Source of the DNA: Terriglobia bacterium
GTDB lineage: Bacteria > Acidobacteriota > Terriglobia > JAJPHL01 > JAPKYU01
Assembly: GCA_965206645.1 (NCBI GenBank)
Contig: CBDBKE010000004.1
Coordinates: 576,001-640,000, forward strand
Reading direction: 5' to 3'
DNA: 64,000 bases
Shown: positions 10,669-19,057 of the stretch, one piece after another
Numbering within the stretch: the first letter of the stretch is position 1
How the letters are laid out: each line of letters starts with the position of its first letter
Translations under genes and position numbers: made by a program
The notes under the pieces: model-generated
Databases searched by the model: none
What the model saw: only the letters and a program-made list of their open reading frames with translations
What the model was told of the DNA's origin: nothing

Positions 10669-10756
10669 TCCGCAAAGGCCAGATGCTTCCCGCAGCAGAT
10701 CACTGTTGCGCTTGCCGCTTCGTCCAGGCCCTCAGGGAGTGGTATGGTGGGGCCGC

Positions 10757-11515
10757 ATGTTTCCCGCTTCCCCGGAACTGATCACTCTGTTACTGGCGCT
10801 GGTGTTCCTGGTGGCGGTGGCCTACTCTTCGGTGGGTCACGGCGGCGCGTCCGGCTACCTGGCAATGCTCAGCTTCTTTGGCCTGGCGCCCACGGTGATG
10901 GCCCCCAGCGCGCTCTGTCTCAACCTGCTGGTGGCTGGCCTGGCGTTCCTTCACTACCAGAGGGCTGGCCATTTCGTTTTCCGGCTGCTTTGGCCTTTCC
11001 TGCTGGCTTCAATCCCCGCGGCGTTCCTTGGAGGACTGACGGAGGTCCCTGCCCATCTCTACATGGGCCTGCTGGCCGCGGTGCTCGTGTTTGCGGCATT
11101 CCGCTTGCTGCTGGTCCTCCCACCGAAATACGAGGGGTCCTTCGTCAAGCCTCCCGGGCTGCGGGTGGCGCTCCCCATGGGGGCAAGCATTGGCTTTCTG
11201 TCCGGCATTATCGGTGTGGGCGGCGGGATCTTCTTGAGCCCCCTGCTGATTCTCCTGAAGTGGGCTGACGCCAAGCGCACCGCCGCCGCTTCAGCTGCTT
11301 TCATCTGGATCAATTCGGCCGCCGGGCTCTACGGCCACCTGTCGCGCAAATCGGTGGACTGGTCGGCCTTGGCCTGGATGGTCGGAGCAGCTTTCGCCGG
11401 CGGCTTGCTGGGCTCGTGGCTAGGCGCCCGCCGCTTCCGCGGTGTCTGGCTGTGCCGCATTTTGGGAGTCGTGCTGCTGGTGGCCACCATCAAGTTACTT
11501 CGTACCGCGTTCTAA
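10757..11515 (+). CDS. Sulfite exporter TauE/SafE (TSUP) family membrane protein
   Basis: YSSVGHGGASGY and GIIGVGGGIFLSP motifs; about 8 TM helices; ATG 10757 chosen as start. Confidence 0.85.
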   Translation: MFPASPELITLLLALVFLVAVAYSSVGHGGASGYLAMLSFFGLAPTVMAPSALCLNLLVAGLAFLHYQRAGHFVFRLLWPFLLASIPAAFLGGLTEVPAHLYMGLLAAVLVFAAFRLLLVLPPKYEGSFVKPPGLRVALPMGASIGFLSGIIGVGGGIFLSPLLILLKWADAKRTAAASAAFIWINSAAGLYGHLSRKSVDWSALAWMVGAAFAGGLLGSWLGARRFRGVWLCRILGVVLLVATIKLLRTAF

Positions 11516-11556
11516 TCAGGTGCGAAACGCGTGTGCTTCCCTCAGCGCCTGCGCGC

Positions 11557-12546
11557 CTACGTGAGCCATTGGATCAAACGTGCAGCCGCCCAGGCAATCG
11601 CCGCGGTCACGGGGAAGGTCAGAATCCATGCCGTCACCACCTCGCGAGCCACCCTCCAGCGCACCGCGGTCCAGCGGTGGAGGGAACCGACCCCCATAAT
11701 TGAGGTATTAATGGTGTGCGTGGTGCTGAGCGGGATAGCCAGGACAGTTGCCAGCATGATGCACAGGCCAGCCCCGGTTTCGGCGGCAAACCCCTGGACC
11801 GGCTTCAAGCGGGTCATGCGACTGCCCATAGTGTGGATGATACGCCAGCCGCCGACCGCGGTGCCCAACCCCATGACGGACGCGCACAGCAAAATTACCC
11901 AGAACTGCACTTCGAATTTCGGCAAGATGCCGCCCAGCACCAGGGCCAGCGAGAACGTTCCGATGAACTTCTGGCCGTCGTTACTGCCGTGGCCGAACGC
12001 CATCAGCGCCGCCGAAAACATCTGCAGGCGTCCGAAATAGCGGCTTACTGTTTGCGGGCGAGCCTTCCGAAACAGCCAGACGATCGCCAGCATGATCAAG
12101 AACCCACCGCCGAATCCCAGGAAGGTAGAAAAGATGATCCCCTGGCCGACCTTGATCCAGCCGGCGCTGAGCAGAGCCTCCCAGCCGGCAGTGGCCAGCG
12201 CGGCGCCAGCCAGTCCGGACACCAGCGCGTGCGTTTCGCTGGTTGGCAGGCCATATTTCCACGCCACCGTGCTCCACACCACAATGCCAATCATCGCCGC
12301 ACCTACGGTGTGGATGTTGATGACGTTGGCATCCACGATGCCTTTCCCGATGGTGAAGGCCACGGCGGTTCCCCACATGGCTCCCAGCAGGTTCATGACA
12401 GCGGCCATGATGACTGCCCGCAGGGGGGACAGGACACGGGTGGCCACCACCGTGGCGATGGCATTGGGCGAGTCGGTCCAGCCGTTGACAAACTCAGCCG
12501 CCAGAATCAGCAGCAGCCAGGGGGAGAGGCGGATCCACTCATCCAT
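11557..12546 (-). CDS. Inorganic phosphate transporter, PiT family
   Basis: NGWTDSPNAIAT, GHGSNDGQK and PLSTTH signatures. Confidence 0.92.
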   Translation of the reverse strand: MDEWIRLSPWLLLILAAEFVNGWTDSPNAIATVVATRVLSPLRAVIMAAVMNLLGAMWGTAVAFTIGKGIVDANVINIHTVGAAMIGIVVWSTVAWKYGLPTSETHALVSGLAGAALATAGWEALLSAGWIKVGQGIIFSTFLGFGGGFLIMLAIVWLFRKARPQTVSRYFGRLQMFSAALMAFGHGSNDGQKFIGTFSLALVLGGILPKFEVQFWVILLCASVMGLGTAVGGWRIIHTMGSRMTRLKPVQGFAAETGAGLCIMLATVLAIPLSTTHTINTSIMGVGSLHRWTAVRWRVAREVVTAWILTFPVTAAIAWAAARLIQWLT

Positions 12547-12697
12547 AGGTCATCTATGGGCAATCTGGGAAAGAACAGTAGGCGACAACAGACGGGCAGA
12601 GGCTTGGCAGCCCCTGAGAAAACTAAACCTCAACCTGAACCGGGTGGTTGTGCCGGCCCGCACCTGCCGCTGGCTCATCGTGGCGACAATCGCAGGT

Positions 12698-13318
12698 TCA
12701 ACTGCTCTTCAGGACAATCGTTTCCAAAACGTCAGAGACGTCCTCGGCCTTATCTACGGCTGCTTCCAGCACTTCGTAGATTTCCTTCCACTTGATCAGC
12801 GTGATGGGGTCGTGCTCTTCTTCAAACAATTGGGCGATGGCGCTGCGGGAAATCGTATCAGCCTCGTGCTCCAGCCGGCTGACCTCTTGGCAATGGTCGA
12901 GGATTTTCTCGCCCTTGTCCAGGATGTGGGGCACGGCCTCCAGCAATTCCCCCGTGGCGCGCTTCACAATGCGAGCCAGTTCGATGCCGGCCGGGCGGAT
13001 GTCGTGAATCTTGAATAGCACCATGCGGGTGGAAACGGCGTCAATCAGGTCCAGCACGTCGTCCAGGCGGGACGACAAGGCGTGGATATCCTCACGGTCG
13101 AAGGGGGTGATAAAGGTCCGGTTGAGCCGGCGGATGATGTCGTGGGTCATCGTGTCGCCGCGGTGCTCCAGCTTTTTGATCTCGTCGGCCAGGTCGCGCA
13201 GGTCGTGGTCGGCCCCTTCCATCATCTTCAGCAGCGCCTGCGCGGCCTCGTGCAGCACACCCGCCTGCTCGCCGAACAGCTCAAAGAACTTCTCTTCCTT
13301 AGGAAGAATGCGAACCAT
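12698..13318 (-). CDS. DUF47 (PhoU-like) phosphate transport regulator
   Basis: LEHRGD, TFITPFDREDI, EHEAD and IKWKEIYE motifs; directly upstream of PiT. Confidence 0.92.
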   Translation of the reverse strand: MVRILPKEEKFFELFGEQAGVLHEAAQALLKMMEGADHDLRDLADEIKKLEHRGDTMTHDIIRRLNRTFITPFDREDIHALSSRLDDVLDLIDAVSTRMVLFKIHDIRPAGIELARIVKRATGELLEAVPHILDKGEKILDHCQEVSRLEHEADTISRSAIAQLFEEEHDPITLIKWKEIYEVLEAAVDKAEDVSDVLETIVLKSS

Positions 13319-13443
13319 CAGTTCCCTCTAGAACAGCAAAATATGGCACGTCCGGCTTTCCCCGGTCAACCATGAAAAAGGGGCGGCCTTCCTCGCTACC
13401 CAAAGGCCCGCTTGGACTTCCCCGGTACTCTGCCCTTGCCAAA

Positions 13444-14121
13444 TCAGCTGGTTTTTGACCGTGCGTCTTCCAGGATGCGTCGCGCTCGGCTTGGGTTGAA
13501 GATGCCGCACGAGCAGAAACGCGCCATGTACTCGCACGCCTGCACCGACGTCCGCCGGCCCTCCCGCACCCAGTCAATCATCTTTTTCGCCAGGTTGAAC
13601 GAAACCATGCCGTGGCCGCACATGGTCGAGAGCTCCAACACGTGCCGGTTGGGGAGCTGGTCGAGCTGTCCCTGAAAGCCGAGCGAGTATTCCACGCTGT
13701 GACGAGTCAAGCCGGCGGCGCAGCAGCAGACCTGCGCGCCCTCCACCGAGGTGCTGACGTTCACTGAAATGCCCAGGTCGGCCTGCTTCACCTCGCCCAC
13801 GAACTTTTCTGCTGCCTCTAGATTATCGAAGACGACGGCCACCGTCGTGGGTCCATCCACCTGATAAATCACCTTGTCGAAATCTTTCGCGGTCTTGCGG
13901 CGCCAGTGCACGGTGGGTTTTAAGTCGGTGGCGGGTTCGAACAGAGAGCCGTACCGAGCGTTGCCCATGTTCACCGGGCCGTATTTGACCGCCAGGCGAA
14001 GAAAGGTGCGGAGCTTCTCGGCAGAGCCCTGATCATTGCGACCGCGGCTGGGGATGGCGAAGACGATGTAGTCGTCCCGAAACGTTTCTGCTTCGCCGTA
14101 GCGGTGCAGCGTGTTCGTCAC
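13444..14121 (-). CDS. Uncharacterised Cys/His-rich putative metalloprotein
   Basis: MTNTLHR N-terminus; CCC..RH, TMCGHG and C..FCSCGIFN motifs; GGAG SD before the GTG. Confidence 0.75.
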   Translation of the reverse strand: MTNTLHRYGEAETFRDDYIVFAIPSRGRNDQGSAEKLRTFLRLAVKYGPVNMGNARYGSLFEPATDLKPTVHWRRKTAKDFDKVIYQVDGPTTVAVVFDNLEAAEKFVGEVKQADLGISVNVSTSVEGAQVCCCAAGLTRHSVEYSLGFQGQLDQLPNRHVLELSTMCGHGMVSFNLAKKMIDWVREGRRTSVQACEYMARFCSCGIFNPSRARRILEDARSKTS

Positions 14122-14200
14122 ACGTTTACTCCAGCCCTCCTATGTCAGCCTGGCGCCCTTGCTCGAACAGGGAGAAAGGCCCCCGCACGGTGGTACCCGC

Positions 14201-14767
14201 TCACTGGTGGAGGAACTTCCCCACGTAAGGAGAGTTGCGTTCGAACCCTGTTCCCTGCCTGCGGAAGTGACCTGACGGCCCCTCGCCCAAATACTCCGAG
14301 AACCAGGCCTCGTGCTCAATCTCTTCGTGAAGGATGGCGAGCGAAAGGTCATAGGTGCGATGGTCTTTGCCGGTGGTCAGGTTGCAGACTTGTGTATAGC
14401 CAGCCACCGCGCAGCGCTCGGCCTTCACCAATACGTCGAGCATGGCTTTAATGTCCGTCGGCTTATCGGGCAGGTAGGCGGGCGGGCAGGCCGAGATGTC
14501 GTGGAACTCGTTCATGTTCCTCGGCAGCTTACCGCCCAATTCGTAGATGCGCGGGACTAGCGCTTCGAAGTGATTCCGGTCTTCGATGCGGGCGTCCTCG
14601 ACGATTTCCTTTAGCCCTTCCCCGTCCAGCCCGATCAGGTTCGTACGCAGGATCGTGTAATAGTAGTAGGTGGTCAGTTCCGCCGAGGCGTTGCGGACCA
14701 GCAAGTCCAGTAGCTTGTTGACGTCCACCCCCGCTTTCTCGACGACTTAGCGAGCTATTCGAGCCAT
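14201..14767 (-). pseudogene. DPS-like (DPSL) ferritin-superfamily protein with an in-frame TAA at codon 7 (nonsense allele or sequence error)
   Basis: AAGGAGG SD then ATG 14767 reads MARIAR*VVEKAGVDVNKLL..., in frame with the ORF from 14728; AELTTYYYY, EDRNH, ERCA and EEIEHEAW ferroxidase motifs; SACPP/ERCA Cys pair. Confidence 0.8.
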
Positions 14768-14818
14768 AAGCTTCCTCCTTTTTCCTCAAGAGAAGTGTGG
14801 TTCAGAACTAGGTGCCGC

Positions 14819-15664
14819 TCACATTCTTGCCTCGGCCGCTTGGGCCTCGGCGGCCGCGACTGGCTGGGAGGCGCGCCCCAACCCGAGGTTGGTCTTGCCG
14901 CGGTGGAAGACGTACCCTTTTTCGGCCAGCAGCGGCGCCAGATGCCGGTCTTCGCCTTCCGCGTCGCAGCGAGTTGCGACGCCCACTGCCACGATGGTCT
15001 CCAGCCGCCGCGCCACCCCGGCAATCGTGTCCAGCACCTCGGGCACCTGCCCGATCGGGCATTTAAATTCGACGATGGCCGACAGGATTTTTTCTTCCAG
15101 AATGTCCTCACGGATTAGGCCGCGCACCGGGTCGCTCATCAGCGACGTCACCGGGTTGCGCTTTTCGAACTGGACCCCCAGGGCGGCCAGCGCCTCTGTC
15201 ATCTGCTGAATTTGGCGGAAGCGCACCCCGACCCCGGGTCGGCCAAACTCCACCGTGAACCCTGCCTCACCCATTTGAACACGCCCGGTGACGTCGTTGG
15301 TCTTCACTTCCTCAGTGCCGCGCCCGTGCACGCCGGTGCTCTCGTGAGGCACCTGCGGGTCGCTGAAGGCGCGGCGCACGACGCGAGGCCAGGCGAGCTC
15401 CTCAGGGGCAAACGCGGCAGTGGGGCAGATGTCCGGCTCCGGTTCGAAGCGCAAGCGAAACACGGCCAGCGCCTTGCGGATGGTTCGCACCAGGACCGGG
15501 TTGAGGTGCTCCTGGCTCATCCCGCGGAAGCAGGCGTAGCATTCGACGCATTCGTCGCGGTTGATGGTGGCGCGGCCAATCTGTGGGTCAACGTAAATCG
15601 CCCCCATCGGACAAACGGCGATGCAGTTGCCGCACGCCACACATTTCTGCGGGTCAATTCGCAT
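14819..15664 (-). CDS. 4Fe-4S dicluster protein with an uncharacterised C-terminal domain
   Basis: CVACGNC...CP and CVECYAC...CP motifs; GRGTEEVKTNDVTGR; KTNLGLG; start set at MRIDPQKC. Confidence 0.85.
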   Translation of the reverse strand: MRIDPQKCVACGNCIAVCPMGAIYVDPQIGRATINRDECVECYACFRGMSQEHLNPVLVRTIRKALAVFRLRFEPEPDICPTAAFAPEELAWPRVVRRAFSDPQVPHESTGVHGRGTEEVKTNDVTGRVQMGEAGFTVEFGRPGVGVRFRQIQQMTEALAALGVQFEKRNPVTSLMSDPVRGLIREDILEEKILSAIVEFKCPIGQVPEVLDTIAGVARRLETIVAVGVATRCDAEGEDRHLAPLLAEKGYVFHRGKTNLGLGRASQPVAAAEAQAAEARM

Positions 15665-15749
15665 GCCATGCTTCCAGGCTGTTGGGGTCCCGGTTAGGAT
15701 TCTACCATTTGGTGAAGATGGGCAGGTCGAAGATTTGTCACACCTCAAT

Positions 15750-15787
15750 CCAGGCTGGAAGTTATCGGCCAGGCTGGAAGTTATCGG
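15750..15787. repeat. Perfect 19-bp tandem duplication upstream of the Fe-S gene
   Basis: ccaggctggaagttatcgg x2. Confidence 0.9.
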
Positions 15788-15952
15788 GAGGACCTGCGAG
15801 TGGTGGACCGAATCAAGCAGGCGACAGGGACAGTATCCAGTGCGCCGCCGCGCACAGCGGCGCCGTAACGTTCTTTTCCTTGGCACAGAACATCAGGCTG
15901 GAAACTGGTTGCTGGGAGATGGCTGCTTGCTGCCCGCGCTGGACGACTACCC

Positions 15953-16700
15953 TTAGGAAGAAAGAGTAAAGATCACATCAACAGTTGTTTCCACTTTCAC
16001 AGGTTGGCCGTTCAGAATGGTCGGCCTGTAGCGCCACCTCTTAACTGCCTCCAGTGCCGCCTTCACCAACAGTGGATGACCGGAAATCACCCGCAACTTC
16101 TCAATCGAGCCGGATTTGCTGATAATTGCTGCCAGTCGGACGATTCCCGAGATACGAGCCTGCTTTGCCAATGGCGGATAGCGCGGTTTCTGCTGGCTGA
16201 GGAGCTTCGCTTGCTGCACGATTCCTCCCACCTGGATTGGTCGCACCCTCCTGGGTTTGACAGGAGGGGGTGGCGGTGGAGAGGTTGGCTGGTGGGTAAC
16301 GGAGGATTTTCATGATCGAACTGCTTCCACCGCCTATCCCGCCATCAACGTCACCCGCCGAAGTCACTAGGACAGGGGGCGAATGCGGCACTTCATCCCT
16401 AATGATTGAAACCGTTTCGGGAATGCGAACGGGGGCAAGCAACTCTCCCTGCTCAAACTCAAATTGCATGCGTTTCCTGGGTGCTGCGTCACCCGAAGGC
16501 TTGGCGGGCGCCGGGGGAGGACCAGCGGGCGCTGCCAGGAGCGATACAAGCAGCCGCCTGGGTAGCACCTCGAGGTACAGCAGGGGCACCAGAGTCAAAG
16601 CGCTTACGAGCACGACCTGCAGGAGGGCAGACAGTCCCCAAGCCCATGCCCTTCGTTGTTTACCTTCCACCGAAGTCTCTAGCAAAGTGAGCTCAAACAT
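15953..16700 (-). pseudogene. Energy transducer TonB family gene split by a frameshift near 16300
   Basis: The N-terminal TM and Pro-rich part is in ORF 16700-16101; the PPPPPP linker and TonB C-domain (PRYPPLAKQARISGIV, SGHPLL, WRYRP..LNGQPV) are in the adjacent frame ending at 15953. Confidence 0.8.
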
Positions 16701-16921
16701 AATTCCTCCTGGCTGTTTCGTGGCGACGCATCATCAGCCGAAGGCAGACCGCCCGTTGCGCCTGGTTTCGCTCCCGGCATACCGCCGCACGGGACGGTGC
16801 TACTTGCGCTCGACCGAAACAGCTACGAAACAGCGAAACAGTGTTTTGCCCTTCGAGTTGATAGACACCGGAGCAGGCTCAGGGTTCCTTTTATTCTTCG
16901 AGGTGACCCGGAGGCCTGTCG

Positions 16922-17314
16922 TTACATCAAACCGCCGCGGGCGATCTGCTCCACGAGTTCGCGGTCGGCGGGGAGGAAGTCAAATTCAGGAAGCTTGTTT
17001 CGGGGCACCCAGCGGATTTCTGCAAACTGGCGGTTTTGCGGCTCACCGCGAAATTCCCTCACCTGGAAGAAGACCAGCAGGATGGGGCTGCGACCGGGAT
17101 ACTCATAGGAAAAGCGGCAGATCTCAGGACCGATGTCGGCGTCCAGGTCCAGCTCTTCGCGCAGCTCGCGGCGCAGGCCGGCGGCCGGCTCCTCGCCGTC
17201 CTCAGTCTTTCCGCCGGCAAACTCCCACTTCAGCGGCAGGAACTGATCGGCGCGGCGCAGGCAGATGAGGAACTCCTCGCCGCGCATAATCAGAGCTGCC
17301 GTGACTGTTCTCAC
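16922..17314 (-). CDS. NUDIX hydrolase, MutT/NudG-like
   Basis: WEFAGGKTEDGE...LRRELREEL Nudix box; FLPAD tail. Confidence 0.9.
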   Translation of the reverse strand: MRTVTAALIMRGEEFLICLRRADQFLPLKWEFAGGKTEDGEEPAAGLRRELREELDLDADIGPEICRFSYEYPGRSPILLVFFQVREFRGEPQNRQFAEIRWVPRNKLPEFDFLPADRELVEQIARGGLM

Positions 17315-17362
17315 GAGGATTCAGCGGAGGCCGACGCTACTCCGGGCTTTCCCCTACTCTCG

Positions 17363-18529
17363 TCAGGTAGGCAGCGGCACGCGGAACTTTTCCAGTTCCT
17401 GCACGTCGGTTTGCGGCAGCCGCCCCAAGCGCGCCTTTAGATAACGCCAGGGAAGGCTGAACAACAATACGCGCGGGGCGAATTTCATGCTGTCGTGGAG
17501 GAAGCAGCTATGGGTGCACCAGCAGTTGGCCCGGGGGATCTCCTCGACCTCGGCTTTCATCTGTGGCGAGGCCAGAACCTGAGTCAGATTGCAGTCGAAG
17601 TCCTGCACCCGCCCCAGCGACCCGCGCATCTCGCACGCGCGGAACTCGCCGTTGTGGTCCACCACCACCGAGGTGGCGCCGGCGGTACACGGCATGGGCC
17701 AGCGGTGTGGCTCGTAGTGGCACTGCTGGTGGACGTCAAAGTGGAACTTAACGGCGCCCAGGTAGTACATGCGTGCGAACCAGCGCGGCACCGGCGACAG
17801 CCCGTCGAAGAGCCGGTCCGCATACTGCTCGTGGATGGAAAACAGCCTCTGGTGGAGCGTGCGCAGCTCTTCGGGTGGCAGATGCTTCAGGCGCGGATCC
17901 AGGGGGTTGCCGCGGATGATCTCAAAGTAATGCCCACTCGCGTTGTCGTCGCCCAGCAGCTTCAGGCCTAGCTCCACCAGCTCACGGTAATTTTCGGTCG
18001 TAATCACCGAGACCACGTTGCGGCGCAGACGGCGCACGCCGGGATAGTTACGCTCCATCAGGGCCATTGTCTCCAGGGTGCGCTGGAAGTTGCGCGGGAC
18101 GCCACGGAGAGTGTCGTGGGTATTGGCCAACCCGTCGAGGGAGAAATTCAAGTCAATGGTAAGCTTTGGGTTGTCCTCTAGCACCCGGCCCACCACCTGA
18201 TCAATTTTGCGCGGCAGCAGGCCGTTGGTAGGCAGGTTTACGGTGTCGACGCCATTGTTGCGGGCGAACATGGTGATGATGTCGGCTAGCTCCGGGCGCA
18301 GGAACGGCTCACCGCCTGAGAGCCACAACTTACGGAAGGGCGGCGCGGTGCGTGAAAGTCCTTCGATTTGCTCGAAGCTCAGGTCCTGGTTTTTGTTCAG
18401 ATTGTCCCAGTAGAAACAGGTCTGGCAGAGAGAGTTGCATCGCGAAGTAACAAACAGAAATAGCGACTCCAACTGCCGACGGCGATTGATTTTCTTGAGG
18501 ACCTGCCAGTATTCTCGGATGGCTGACAC
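17363..18529 (-). CDS. Radical SAM protein with SPASM/twitch domain
   Basis: CNSLCQTC, SGGEPFLR, PTNG and SLDG motifs; C-terminal CTAG..GEFRACE..CWCTHSC; start GTG 18529 inferred. Confidence 0.88.
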   Translation of the reverse strand: MSAIREYWQVLKKINRRRQLESLFLFVTSRCNSLCQTCFYWDNLNKNQDLSFEQIEGLSRTAPPFRKLWLSGGEPFLRPELADIITMFARNNGVDTVNLPTNGLLPRKIDQVVGRVLEDNPKLTIDLNFSLDGLANTHDTLRGVPRNFQRTLETMALMERNYPGVRRLRRNVVSVITTENYRELVELGLKLLGDDNASGHYFEIIRGNPLDPRLKHLPPEELRTLHQRLFSIHEQYADRLFDGLSPVPRWFARMYYLGAVKFHFDVHQQCHYEPHRWPMPCTAGATSVVVDHNGEFRACEMRGSLGRVQDFDCNLTQVLASPQMKAEVEEIPRANCWCTHSCFLHDSMKFAPRVLLFSLPWRYLKARLGRLPQTDVQELEKFRVPLPT

Positions 18530-18599
18530 TAGCGCATTGTGCCATGCAACCGTGTGCCTGTAAAGGGCCTGCGATGGACCTGTACCTGTAAGGGCAAAG

Positions 18600-18962
18600 A
18601 TGCACCACCCACTGCTGCTCGAACATTTCCGCAACCCACGCAATGCCGGAGAATTGGACGACGCCGACGCCGTAGTCGAGCTTTCTAACCCGGTTTGCGG
18701 CGACATTCTCAAGCTGTGGGTGGAGGTGCACGACGCGCGGGTCGTAGCCATCCAGTTCAAGTGCCGCGGCTGCGTGGCAGCGATGGCCTGTGGCTCGGCG
18801 CTCACAGAACTGGTCAGCGGCCGGCCGGTGGCTGAGGTGGCGCATATTACTGCCACTGCGGTCGAGCAGGCGGTGGGCAAGCTGGAGACGGCCAGCAAAC
18901 ACGCAGCGGTACTGGCAGTGGACACCTGGCGTGCCGTGCTAAAAAAGGCGGGGGCAATCTAG
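18600..18962 (+). CDS. IscU/NifU-like Fe-S scaffold protein
   Basis: EHFRNPRNAG, NPVCGD and GCVAAMACGS motifs. Confidence 0.85.
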   Translation: MHHPLLLEHFRNPRNAGELDDADAVVELSNPVCGDILKLWVEVHDARVVAIQFKCRGCVAAMACGSALTELVSGRPVAEVAHITATAVEQAVGKLETASKHAAVLAVDTWRAVLKKAGAI

Positions 18963-19057
18963 AATCAAGCGGATTGCCCGTGGCCATTCTTTGATGCCGC
19001 GGTGATTGAGTCCCATTAATAGCTGAACGGTCGCTGCAGCTCTGACAGGAGTAGAAA

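Noticed and set aside
14747-14749. Selenocysteine/pyrrolysine recoding in DPSL
   Set aside because: The codon is TAA, not TGA or TAG, and the position corresponds to a non-catalytic Glu/Gln.
18530-18925. N-terminal 130-aa extension of the radical SAM ORF
   Set aside because: It is antisense to the IscU-like gene; family-like sequence begins only near 18529.
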